Source of the DNA: Daphnia carinata
Taxonomy: Eukaryota
Reading direction: 5' to 3'
DNA length: 64,000 bases
Assembly (NCBI RefSeq): GCF_022539665.2
Contig: NC_081331.1
Location: 11,284,001-11,348,000 of the forward strand
The notes under the pieces are model-generated. The model saw only the letters and a program-made list of their open reading frames with translations. It had not been told where the DNA came from and did not search any database. Of this stretch, positions 36,769 to 50,006 are shown in pieces. A program made the translations under genes and the position numbers. Positions within the stretch are counted from its first letter, which is position 1; each line of letters opens with the position of its first letter.

Positions 36769-37731
36769 ATGGCGGAAACAAACGATAAGATAATCGAGGA
36801 TTTGACCAAAGATTTTGAGACGACGAGTAAAAAGGTGATAACTTCGAAATCAGAACAAGAAGATCAATTAGAATTTGAAGATGCATTGGGGCCACCCTCT
36901 AGAAAAGATTCCCCAAATGTTTCAGATGAATCTGATTCTGAAGATGTTGCACATAATGAAACACTGGCTCTAAGCAACGAACAAATTGAGGTAACTGTTA
37001 AGAGTTATTTGGGAAAATATATATAGATATATATCTCTTTTCCACATTTCTTAGGAAAGAAAACGAGAAGTTTTAGATGTTAAAGAAAAAGGGAATGAAT
37101 TTTTCAGAAATGGAAACCATGACGAAGCATGCCAGCAGTACTCAAAAGCCTTGAAACTGTGTCCCTTTTCCTTCAAAGTAGAAAGATCAATTTTGTACAA
37201 TAATCGAGCAGCTGCAAAAGCAAAACAGGTACAGATAACTCAGGTTCCTTTCAAGGCTTCCTATTCTCACAACCAATCTATTGTTTTTTTTTCTTCACTT
37301 TTCACTTTTAGGGTAAAACTGAGAGTGCCTTAAAGGATTGCACAAAAGCTGTTGACCTAAACCCTGTGTATATTAAAGCTCTATTACGTCGAGCCAAACT
37401 CTATGAAGAAGTTGATCAACTTGACAAGGCTCTAGCAGACTACAAAGAATTACATAAACTAGAGCCTAACAATGTGGAAGTAAACTCTGCTTTGGCATAT
37501 TTGCCTAGACGTATTGAAGAACAGACAGAAAAGCTAAAGCAAGAAATGTTTGGTAAGTGCTGGGTATTCTTCTTGTCAAGAATTATTTTTCTTAATGGCT
37601 TATATTGAAATGCAGGAAAAATGAAAGATTTGGGGAATATGTTTCTAAAACCTTTTGGTTTGTCAACAGATAATTTTCAAATCAATAAAGACCCTACCAC
37701 AGGCTCTTACTCAGTAAACATGAATAAGTGA
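36769..37731 (+). CDS. TTC1: Tetratricopeptide repeat protein 1
   Basis: Four exons (36769-36990, 37055-37228, 37312-37552, 37616-37731). Acidic N-terminus, three TPRs (KEKGNEFFR..., [13 protein letters not shown]) and the TTC1-type C-terminus [35 protein letters not shown]. Confidence 0.93.
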
Positions 37732-39088
37732 TTGTCTTTACTTTCCAAATCCAGCATTGTCTGATTGATAACCTATGTCAAATTGAATTGTAAAGTTTCA
37801 AATGATTTAAATAAATACCCGTTCTGTGGACATTCAGATTAAGGTATAATTTTTCGGCCAGGGCGCCACGTGCAGTACAGGTATATAGTGATACATAATA
37901 GTACACTTTTCGTTCGATTTCAAATGACACGGAACTGCATACCAGAAGAAAAGTCGGTAGTCAAAGAGATTTTTTTTTGTTAAGCTGCTGGTAAAGCTGG
38001 CATGTGTGTCCAAGCTACCTTTTTTTCCACAATTTAAAAAAAAAGCATACCAAACCAACAAAAACGCTTTTAACAAATCTAGAAAAAAGTAATAAAAAAA
38101 AGAAAGAAATTGACGGAAAAGGTGAGGGGCGGGGATAGCCAGATTTAAAATGTAAAATATAAATAAGGTAGCAAAACAGCTGGAGTATGTGTGCTACATT
38201 GGGGACAAAAATCGTCAAATCTGAGGATTGGGGAGAAAGTAAGTGTCCCACATCACGGATGAATTAGTACTACAGTAACAAGGGAATTTTAGGATAGACA
38301 CAACTGACTCGAAACAAAAGGAGGGAAGCCAATAGTGTTGAAGAAGACGGCAGAAGAAAATTAAAACGAAGTATTAACATCAAGTCAATCCACAGGATTT
38401 AGGTTTTGAATTGAAAAAAGCACCTCGCACTGCGATTGAGAAATCGACCCTTATCAAGAAAACCACGCCACGTCACATCCCGTTTGGTTCCATTACATAT
38501 TCAGTCTCGATCTTACTTGTTAAGCAAAAAAAAAAGTTTATGCCGATTTCCCAAAGACCCCTACGTTCTTTACACAATTGCAGCGCGCGACATCTCCAAT
38601 TATTGTCTACCGGGTAGCGTAGTGGGGCGGAAGATGGTGGTACAAAGAAGCAAGAGTTTTTGTTTTTTAAAATAAAAGTTTCTGCAACGTGCTTTTCGTC
38701 CACAATCCTCATCGAATCAAGAGATTCTGGTCTGAGAGTGTAACGGAGATAGAGACTAAAACCAAACATCATTCTTTTCTCCAATCTAAAGCAAGGCGGA
38801 TTAGTTTTTTAAGATACTTGACGCAAAACCAAAAGGAGGACTACTGGAGAGTAGCTGAAGTATATAGAAGAGATTATTCATGTTTTGTTTTAAAAAAAAA
38901 AAGAGAAAAAAAACCCGACGACACTCGAGTGGCAGTGCTGTCCCCAAAAGAGTCCCAAAGAGTTTGTTTCTCATTCATAGATTATTTCCGACATTGAAAG
39001 CCTGTAAACATTAAAAAACAAAGAGTTAGATTCAATAGAAAATGTCGAATTCTTTGAATAGATTACGTACAAAAAGCGATGTAGTTGT

Positions 39089-42000
39089 TCAAACTTCCGG
39101 CGTTGGCTTCTTCTTCTCCTTACTCTTCTTCTTGAGGAAAGAGGGTGTTCGCAATCCCTTCTTCTTCTTCTTATCCTTAGACTTGGAGGGTGAATCTTCT
39201 GTCGACATGTCTCGGGCCGACGACTCGTCACGGCTACTCTGCGACACCTGGCTCTGTGGGTTGTCAATTTCATCGCCGTTCACTTCACCACCTGCGGAAA
39301 CGTTTTCAACAAAATTGTTAGCTTAATCGTGTTTCTCGGCGAAACTATCAATGTCAGTGGGTGTGTTACAGGCACGAGTTGCCATTCGGGTCATTCGCAC
39401 CATTACAATCATAATTGTTCCAAGTTCACCTCAGTAGTTAAACCTCATCAAGACTCTGTTAAATGTGTTCGTTACTCCTCAACGCAAAACAGAAGATTAA
39501 TAGTGGTAGTTGATCCATCAGTAACATGGCATGAATAATTTTGACTATGGCCTGCCCCTAACGTGACAGGCATTTACTAAGGATTTTTTTTTTAAACGTT
39601 AGACATGGTTTAAGGACATGCTCGACTACAGGAACTATTAACTATCTATAACTAAACAACTAAAGACGTTAGCAAACCAAACGGATATCACAAGCGAGGC
39701 AAAAGTTAAGAGAGACTGGCTATAATTGGGACAGCAAACCTTTATTCTGGTGCTTCCTTTTCTCGCGGCCCAGCGACCATGAGCGACGCTTGAACATGTC
39801 CCAAGCATCACCCGACCCTAGTCCAACGACCGGCCCAACACAACAACAAAAAAATTGAAATCAAAACAATACAACGAATAAAAAGCAAAAACCACACAAA
39901 GAATAATTTAACATTGTAGTTGACGAGGAAATTCGACTAGAAATTCACGTTAATTTTTAATGTAGAAATAAGTTTTCTTCTTTTTTTTTAAAAAGCTGTG
40001 AATTTCTGGTCAATAATTTTGCATGCCAAGCTTTCTTTAAAAATTATGTACGTTACATTGACAGCAGGAAAAAAGCAAATTGGATATGCCGCACTGCTAG
40101 ACGGCCATGCTATAATCAAGTAAGGTTATAAAGTTAGAAACAGACTCATCACTCACCGTCACGCGGAAGGCGGGCGGATTTCGAGCGCTCGACAAAAGGT
40201 TCGGGCGACTCAGCCCCTGTGGTTTCTGCCAGGGCAAATGGATTTAGATAAAACGACAAACGCAAACAAAAAATGAAAATAAAAAAAAAGGAGCTAAGTT
40301 TTTTTGGCTGGATTCATGATTAAATGCAGTGACACATAACGACATGAAGCAGTCATCACCACACCCATTCATTCATCATGTGCATTCCCAATTCTGGTCG
40401 TGACATCAGGCAAGTGCATGCATCAGTGCGACTAGATTACTTGCTAACTAATTCCGGATCAACAAACAGAGAACAGAAAAAGAAAGACAACAAGAAAAAT
40501 AAAAAAAGGAAACTAACCGTCTGACGGGAGAAGCTGACGTTGTGCGTGATCTTCCTGCGGCACGTGTTTCACAGCCACCTGAACTACTCGAGGACTTGCT
40601 ACTCAACGAATTTTTTCCCCCGAAACCCAACACGTATAAAGACAAACATAAAAATCAAGAGAACAAAAAACAGTGAAACTGAATTGGAAATCAAGAGGAA
40701 AATACGGCAATGCTAATAAGCAATGATGAAAAATTAAGAACGATAATAACAAAATAGAATTGGCCGCCACCGAAGATTTCCCCATACTGGACAATTAGAT
40801 GATGGATGTAAAACTAACATACCTTCGTCGTCACTGAGTGGTCGTGGCGATGTGGGTGATTTCCGTTCGGGACGGACGGGCTCGCCACTGGCAGAGAGGA
40901 TAACTGACTCGGCTACAAGAGGCTCCATCGTGGGAGCCTCCGTAGTGGAGTAACTCACCTCGTGCTCTTCTGCAATATGGCAATGGATAACAACATCATT
41001 AGCCTTTCACATTTCTTTTCCATTAAAAGAAATGAAAGAAAATTTACCTGAAATACCCTTCTGAGACATCTCTACTTGTCTTTTGTACTCCTCAATCTCT
41101 TGATCTGAGACGGAATCGAAAGGGTTCTTGGCGTAAGGAGTTCTAAATTTCGGAATATATGAACGTGACCAGTTGAAAATGAGAAAGAAAAATGCTTATG
41201 TTTCACCTGTAGACCATTGCATGATGTTGGAAGTCACGTTGGATGATGCCTTTCGATGCTGCACCGACGACAACGACATGATCGCCAGTTCCACTTGTAT
41301 TAGCGTCCTGTCCAGCCATCATTCGTTATCAAAAGAATTTACTTCCAAGTCTTAGCGAAAGTTGCATTTGACGTGTATACTTGTAATTTTTGAGCTTCGT
41401 CCCAACTGACTCCTTCCAGGATGTGCGACTGGGGCCCAGCGCTGATGCCACCTTGACGACGGTTTTCTTTGATCTGCTTTTGTTTCTGTTTAAACTCCTT
41501 CGATGTCGTGCCCATCGGTACAAACTGGTGGGCAATCTCCAGTTTGACCGGAGTGCTGCTGTGAGTCGGAGAGCCATCGGGTACCCACTGCAATCATCGT
41601 GAATCAGACGAAAAAAATAAATAAAAATAAAGTTAAATCATCGTACCAAATGTTCGTGATCATTAAACATAACTACAAAGGACATTTTCTATCACGAGGA
41701 CATCAATACCAACATCTTTACTAAAAACCCCGATTTCCTATTTAAAATCCAATGCCATTGCCACGATTTAGTTTAGCTATTTTCGTATGAAAATTAAAAG
41801 ATACGGTTTTGTAAGGACAAAGTCGACAGGTCAAAAACAATGTTAGTGTTGAGCCAGCGTGTATTAAAACCAGCCCATGCAAATGAAGGATAAAAAGTAA
41901 AATAAGACTGAAACTCTTGAGTAGAGCCGGCTAAAAAATTTGATTACTATCGCCAACATCAGAGCTAGGAATTAAGAGAGGAAAATGCAAATCAAAAATT

Positions 42001-44573
42001 GAGACGATAAAGACTAGGAGAGTTGCCTTCTTACAAAAGAGATTCTACGTAACAGACAAAAAATAGAGGAACGGAGACACACGGATGCGTCACAAGATTC
42101 CGATGATGCATTTAAGAAGACGCATTTTGCAATCTAATGAAGCCCAATAAGGACTGCAGAACGTTTTTGCCACTTTGCCGTTTAAAAAATAGGAAAAGGC
42201 GAAACATTAAAGGGTTCGGGGACCAAAAGATCGTTAATGTTTAAAAAAAAAAAGGCGTTTAAGTTTCTACTGTCAAGCATTTATGGATTCTATTTGCTGT
42301 CTGTCTGTCTGTCGTGTATGTGTTTTTAAGGGTTGGAGCGTTGTGGGGATCAAACTACCTTGGTGATCTTCTTGGGATCCTGAGAGCCTTGTTCGACTAT
42401 TTCCACTTTCTGATAGACGTTTGGAGAGTTGATCCAGCGATTCTTGTCCAAGGTGCGACGTCCGTCGAGCAATTTCCTGAGTGGACTAGAAAAATTGGAA
42501 CCAGGTCAGTCGTCAGTTCATGGTACGACGTAAAACGCTCGAGCAAAATACCTATTTTTGTAGAGCTCGTCTTCTTCAATCATGTAACCAAAGGACGAGA
42601 CTGCTGGCGGAACTTCGACATCGTGTTTCTGTCTTGGAAGCTCCGTTCTTACTGAATGGACGCGGTAAGGATATCCGCTTCGGTATCCCTATGAATGGGG
42701 AAAATGCGATTAAAAAATTGTGTATCAAGTCAGTCGTGCGGAAAGCGTGCCTTACAGAGTTATCCAACATCCGCATGTAAGCTTCGAACTCCATGTCGCC
42801 TTGTCGCCATTTGACCTCGCGGGTTCGAGGTTTCTCTTTGACCTCTTCTTGTTCGGGTTGTTCGCCTTCGACTCCAGCCAACTGAACGTTATTGCGTCCG
42901 GCTCTTGCGAATTCGTTGGCGCGCTTAGCTACCTCCTATGATTCATTCAGATTTTTTTTCTTTTTACAAAGCTTCTTATTTGTCTCTTTGGTTTGATTCA
43001 ATTGTACCTGTGACCGGCGTTTAGCTTCATCGGAAATCATGATCAAATTGTCGAGGCCAACTGGCATCATGCGGATTTGGGCTTCGCAGGCTAGAACCGT
43101 GTTGCAGGCGCGTGAAAACGCCTCTTCGATGGTCTCGCCTAGAATGACTAGGCCATGATTGCGGAGAAACATCACCTGCAAGAATAGCAATCCCGTATTT
43201 AGAACTGAACCATGACCTGGAAGTGACGGCGGAGGCGCAAACGGCTCCTTGACATACTTTGTTCAGGGGTCCGAGATTCCGTGCGATCGTATCGCGCTCC
43301 TCGGGATCCACCAAGATTCCGTAGTAGTCGTGATAGCTAACTTCGCCGATCATCACACTCTCTTGACTGACGGAAAGGAACCCGCATTTCAAGGCAGAGA
43401 CCTGACAACAAGGAATGCCAATCAGAAATAGGGAAAACAACGGCCGAGATGGAAACGAAGACAGTCATCGCTCATCCATCATAAAAAAGAAAACTGAGTC
43501 ACTCACAGCGACGCAAGCTGGATGGTGAACATGGACGACGCATTTGGCGTCCGGGCGCGCGGCATGGATGGCCGAGTGGAGGACGAAACCGGCAATGTTG
43601 ACTCCAAAGTTCGTTGTTCCCGGGTCGACCACATTGCCCTAGAAAAAGGAAACGGGGGAAGAAAATTCACAAAACAAAAGTATGGGTTCGTGAGCAGGAG
43701 ATCGATCAAACGTCGCGTCGCATGGCGCTACTAATTCGGCATAAGTCCGTTTGCACGGCATTATCTCTTACCTGCATGTCGACCTTAATCAGGGAGGAGG
43801 CCGTCACTTCGCTGTATAGCAGTCCGAAGGGGTTCAATAGAAAGTGTTCTTGTTCTTGGCTCACGCGAACCTAGCCGGACAAAGAGAAAGGAAACATTAA
43901 CATTTTATGTCATGACAGAGGACGATTGCAAACACATATGGGGAAAAAAAATATTAATGTTGGCTAGACTGTCTTGCCGTGGCCGCGTACCGTAATGTGA
44001 TTGTAAATGGATTGCGACCATCCGAAGAGGTCGACCAGTCGGTAAAGGGCTGCCAACTTGCAACGCATGATTTTTTCTCCTTTGACGTAACTGGGGAAAT
44101 CCACGCCTTTAATATCGTTGATGGGGATTACACAGCGCGCTCCACCGCCGCCTCCGCCCAACCCCCGATGGGTCCCTATTATCCAGGAAGGTGGAAAAGA
44201 AAAATCGATATGTCTTTTTATTAGCACTTGTGACAATTTATGAAGAAAGGGAGTAGGGGGGGGGGCAATTACCCATTCCGGTCAGGTCTGAAATGTGCTG
44301 CTGAAGGGCAAAGAGTCCGGCGGCGCCACCCTCTCTTAGCTGCTGGTCGACGATCCTCTCCAAATCGTCGCGGAAGGTCCTGCTGCCCATCATGACTTCA
44401 ACTCGACGTCGGCGTTCCATGTCTCGGACGTCGGCATCGATATCGGGCGGTCTCAATTTCTTTAAATCGTCTTCATCGACCACAGCGTTGGGGTCAAATT
44501 CGCAACCGTTGTGCTGCTCATCCAAGCCGTTTAACTGCTGTTCAGCAGCAATTGTAGCTGCTTCGGCTGCCAT
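39089..44573 (-). CDS. hts: Adducin (hu li tai shao), full length with class II aldolase-like head and MARCKS-like basic tail
   Basis: Exons 44573-44273, 44175-43991, 43870-43772, 43638-43507, 43401-43258, 43175-43008, 42935-42756, 42688-42359, ~41588-41381, 41307-~41207, ~41142-41048, 40969-40823, optional cassettes, 39291-39089. Motifs [53 protein letters not shown]...[15 protein letters not shown]. Confidence 0.96.
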
Positions 44574-45210
44574 TCTGTTGGAACCTTGTTTCGGCACTCT
44601 CTGTGTCCAGCTGTTTTATCGCCCCTCTTCTTAGTCCTGGCAAAATAAACGAAGCTCCTGTCGGCGGTCGGTCCACAACAAACGTTGGGTCAAAAATATA
44701 TCAATCGTCGCTACCTGTCGGGAAAGAGGAAAAACAAAAAGACAAAATGGAAATTAAATGTGTTTACCATTTTGGCAGAGTGTTTCCCATAAGTCACTTT
44801 TCCCATGCTACAGGAAAAATACCAAACATTTCATAGTTTAGGTTCTTCTTTTTTATTTTTTGCTTTCGGACCAGTGCAATGGCCCCCTCAAGGGTGCCCC
44901 GAGTTGATGTCACGGGTTATTTATATCTCGATACGGTCAACGGCGCAACTGCAACCGCGAGGAGACACAAGGGGAACGTGCCACACGGAAAACACTCCTT
45001 GAGACGAAGGAGGAGGTGTAGGCAGCTTTTTTCGCACTCTCACGGTGCTGATTCCCACCCACACAAGTAAAATGGAAAACTCCCTCTTGACGAGCGAAAT
45101 ACACAGCTGGTTTTGAATTTCTTGTTCTCTTTTTCTTTCCAGAAAAGAGTGAGAAAAAAACTGCCTAAAGCCAGTCGGGTAAAAAAATGCGCATCTCTGG
45201 TATCACGCCG

Positions 45211-45220
45211 GTGACGTCAC
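45211..45220. promoter_or_regulatory. Full palindromic CRE (GTGACGTCAC) upstream of the hts start codon
   Basis: Perfect 10-bp palindrome containing TGACGTCA. Motif only. Confidence 0.3.
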
Positions 45221-48200
45221 GCTTAAAAGCTAGCTACAGCCAGACGTTCTGGAACTGGGCAGCCTGCCCATCTTTCGTCTTTTTTTTTTTTTCCCAATTT
45301 TTTTTTGTGTGGATATCTTTCTCTTTCGTTTTATTCCCCCGTTACTCCGCAAGGCGAACACAATGAGCTTTTTCCGGGGCTCTGGCTTCCATTCCTATCT
45401 GCATCCTCGAACCGAATTGCCGCTTTCCCTTATTCCATAGGGCGTCTGTACGAATTTTCCAAAGCAAAAAACAAGTCGGATCACGCAAGGCTTCCTTTCG
45501 TAGCGTTGTCTAGACAACTCAGTACACTCCTGCACACACATACACACGCATACTGTGTGCCCCGTGTCTCACCCACTCCCTTTACACACCCTATGAGCTT
45601 CCCTTTTTTCACGAACGGGTTCCCTATGTTATTTCAAAAAGAAAAGAAAAAAACGAGAAACAGTAGCAGTTGGATAACATTAGTAATAGGAATAGGGTGG
45701 GCAATATAGGAGTGAGATATTGACGAAATAATCGCCGCGTCGTTTTCCTACCTCGCATTTGTTTATAAGGGCGACACGAAATGCCCATTTGACGTGGAGA
45801 CTTTCAAACAATGGAGGTTTTTTTTTTTTGTTGTTGCTGGGCTGGTTCCAGTTTGTACAGATAAGCGCTTATATCATTCTTTCAAACAAACAATAGGCGC
45901 AAAAAAAAAGAGGTTTGATTAGTTTTTCTGGTAATTAAGCTGGTCAATAACAAGCGACGATAACTGGCGTGGTTACACATATTGAAAAGGGCAAATTGGG
46001 TTGGCTGACTTAGTTCGACCTTAATCGAGTAATGATAGTTTGATGGGGATCTATAGTAAACAATAGTGATCAAAGAGACTCAACCGTAATCAAACCAAAA
46101 TATCAGCAGACGACCATGGAATACTCTTGCGGTCGTCTTCTGAGAACAACAAGGAAGAACAATTGTGCAGGAATGAGAAAATAACATACGCAGGCCATTA
46201 ACCCTTCCCTCATCACTCTCCAGATGTCTTGTGACGAAATCTAAATGCAAAAGGGGAAGAAAAAAGGCTAGCTAGATAATAATCTTCCCCTTTCCTCTCC
46301 TCACTAGACGCACTTTAAAAAATAAAAACCGGAAAACTTCAAAAATTGGAAACTACAATCGCCCCGCGAGAGAGCAAGCCAGATTGGTGAAACGAGTGTA
46401 GTGACAACGAAGCGTTGGCATTCTTTTTAAAAAGCACGATAAGTCTCCAGTTTGACATTGGAGATGGGTGAAAAAAATAATCGAATTCTTTTTAAAAAAT
46501 TTTAGCATTTACACTCGATCCGCAGGCGTGTCATCAACACAGCTTATGGCACCGGTTTTTTTTTTCTGAAAGTGCTTTTGGCAATCCGTCACTGATAAAA
46601 AACCTGAGCTAAACAATCACTCCCCACACAAGGGCACCTTTTTTTCTCTCCCTCTTTCTCTTACACACGTAGGCATACACACACAAACACACACGTAGAT
46701 ACACAATGTGAAACGATTATGGTCGATTGAATAAAAAACACTGAATATACCGGAAAGAGAAATTACGGGACCAAGGAAAAGAGCAATCAGTGAAACGAGA
46801 GAACAAAACTCGGGTGTGATGAGCACGGGACACACCCAAGTCCTGTCTGCTGTGCATCTCCCTACCCCTCTTGCAGGCTATGGCACATCGGGTGCCGCCG
46901 ACGCAGCCGACACACACTTACACTGGCCACAGACGCCGACAGAAAACACAGCTAAATAGCGCGAATTTTTGCAAATGAATAGCACTGGGACCTTAATTGG
47001 CAATCGGTAATGCTCACTCGAGAACGATAAAGCTGGTGAATGAATAGATAGCTTACCTTTTTGCAGGCACACAATCAACAAAACACAAGTCCAGAAGTCT
47101 TCGACTCTCTGCCTCGACTCGCGGCGGCCGGTCGAAGCACTAGTGTAAGGAGTGGAAAAAATGAACGGCGGCGCCGTTGCCAGCTCGCCGTATTTTTTCA
47201 CATCGCGCGTCCTGTGAGCAGAAAAGCTAAACAGGATGAAGAGGGAGGAAAAAAAAATACCATTCATGTGTTTCTTTTATCATTTTTTATTAGTCAGCAT
47301 GCATTCAACTGGAAATAATTGAAATTTGATACCCTAAGACGTTTCCCTACGGTCGGTAATTGAGAACAAATGAGGAGAAACGGAGAACGAGAGGAAGAAA
47401 GAGTGAAAGATCAAAAGTGTCAAAAAGACTGATATGTAATCCAGACTAGTTAGCCACTTTATACTAGTTGTTGTTTGTTCAATAAAGACAAACGTACCGA
47501 TGCGTTTGCTCAAGTGGCAACCGTTCTTCGTCATCGCTGACTTCGTGGCCCGTGCACTCGACACTGCCCGAGGTAAAATATGAATGTATCTTGTCTCTTT
47601 TAGCTGTTACCATACGAATGGAAAGTTTGACGTACCGGTAATAACAAAATGTTTTGTATGAGGATCGAGCTCACAGCTCTTCGACCTATGCTAAAGCCCT
47701 CGGGCGTCTGAGAAAGTCTAGCTTCATAAACATGCGTGACATTTTTCCCGTTAACTGGAAAAGGAAAACAACCAACCGAACAGCTGGAAAAGAACGATTG
47801 TTCATTTTTTGAAGAAGACATTTTGAAGACCAACTATTTTTATGTGCCTTTCAACAAAAGGCAAAAACACATTTTCGGGTGCGTTAGATGACTTTCACAT
47901 CGACCGCTGTTCTTGCTAATTAGCATTTGATTATTACGCTTTTGTCCTCTAAAATCGCTATTGAAAAAAAAATGCTACACTTACCGTTAAATCGGTCCAA
48001 CAGACTGACCTTTTCAGCGTTTGAGGACATGTGTAATAATGTCGATAATTAATGAATTTTAGATTGTACCGTGCAAATCGTAGACAAAATAAACGGGTGA
48101 TTTGCCGCTTTAATAAAGGGCATTACAACTTGTCTGCATCCGCGAATAGTTTCGTTTCTTTTTGTGAAACGGTTAAAGCGCACATGATACCCGCCGACCT

Positions 48201-48413
48201 TTCTACCCTCTGTGTAATAGCATAGTAGACTTCCCTAATCCAGGTCTGAGTTACACGAGACCGAGTAAAGTGTCTAAAACAACACAAAATGAAAAAGAAA
48301 AATTTCAACAATAAAAAGGAAAAAAAAAAAAAGAAAAAAGTTGTGGGTTGCCATCTTCCGTGACGGCAGACCGCGTGTGTCACTGCACCGTGCATGCGTG
48401 AGCAGCAAGAATA

Positions 48414-50006
48414 TTAATTTTCGGTCGGTCTTTTGACGGATGGAAGACGGTATGGATATCCCGTTCGATAGCCCTTAAAAGCACAAAACCATGTCGATAT
48501 TTTAAGAGCAAAAATTAATTATTATAATTTTTAAAAAAATTCCTTATAAGGAAGCACTCACGGCACTGTCCATCATCCGCATGTAAGCTTCAAATTCGAG
48601 GTCTCCTATGTTCCACCTGACTTGCATCGCCTTCTTTGTATCTACCTGGCCTTGTTTCTCTTTGAGAGCGCCATCTTCTATCATTTGTTGAGCGCGACGA
48701 ACTACTTCCTGTACGATGCACACACACACGAGCCAGCCACAAAAACAAGCGAAATCGGTTTAGTAATAAAGCGAAGGAAACAAGAAGTCATAAAAATTTT
48801 TAAAACTATAAGTTTGCGGTCTCGTACCATGGAACGTTGCTTGGCCTCTTCTGAAACGATAATCAGGTTCTCCATACCGGCTGACATCATCGTAATTTGC
48901 GCCTCACAAGCCAACACTGTGTGATACGCACGGGTAAAAGCTTCCTCCACCGAGCGACCAGCGACGACCAAGCCATGGTTACGTAAGAACATAATCTAAA
49001 AAACATATCGTCCAAACGGGATTATCGAATAGCCGCCTACGGCTATAGGCGTGTACATACATTATTGTTGCCCAAATTTTTAACGATGATTTCGCGCTCG
49101 GCTTTGTCGACCAGAACGCCATAAAAATCGTGATAACTGACATTGCCGACGAGAACAGCCTCCTGGCTGACCGGGAGGAAGCCGCATTTCATGGAGGCTA
49201 CCTATAAAAAAAAAGAAAAATTAACAACACGTTTGTGTCTAACACGGTGGTCAAAAGCGTGGGGCATGTTTTTTTTTTTTTTTACAGCGATGCAGGCGGG
49301 GTGGTGAATATGGATGACACACTTGGCATCCGGGCGCGCTGAATGAACAGCAGAGTGGAGAACAAAGCCGGGAATGTTCACACCGAAATAAGTTGAGCCA
49401 CTGTCAATCATGTTACCCTGATTGGTGGGATAAAAAAAGTTAATCAAGGGAATCAGTGTCATTAATTAGGACATGGCTATACCTGTACATCGACCTTAAC
49501 TAATGATGAAGCAGTGATTTCATGATAGAGCAATCCGAAAGGATTTAAGAGAAAATGCTGATCATCTTCACTCACTTTGACCTTAACAAAACAAAATTGT
49601 CTATTACTTATTCATTTTTATAATTTTGACCTTCGCTTACAGTGATGTGATTAAAAATCGCCTGGGACCAGCCGAGATGGTCAACCAGTCTGTAAAGCGA
49701 TGCCAATTTGCATCTCAGCTCTTTCTCTCCCGGGGCATAACTGGACGGTTGAACCTCTCCTATGTCATCAATTGGGATGATTGCTCTTGGGATAAAACCG
49801 CTGCGATGGCCCTCAACAACTTCTCGGAAAGCTGTCCTGTAATAATTGAATTTTGGTTTGCTTTGTTATTGATGTGGTCGTGGACGGGTTTTTCTTATAA
49901 GGTCCGCGTTAATGCTGTAACTGACTTGCGATAAAATCTCTAACCTGATTGATGCATCTCCGTTTTCATTGGCATTTTTATTCACAGCGTTTGCGGGAGT
50001 TGCCAT
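48414..50006 (-). CDS. Second adducin-like gene, head domain only (334 aa), tandem paralog of hts
   Basis: Exons 50006-49945, 49836-49641, 49581-49483, 49417-49286, 49201-49061, 48995-48828, 48708-48562 and 48473-48414 sum to 1005 nt in frame. Motifs [60 protein letters not shown], then stop (…SVKRPTEN*). Confidence 0.9.
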
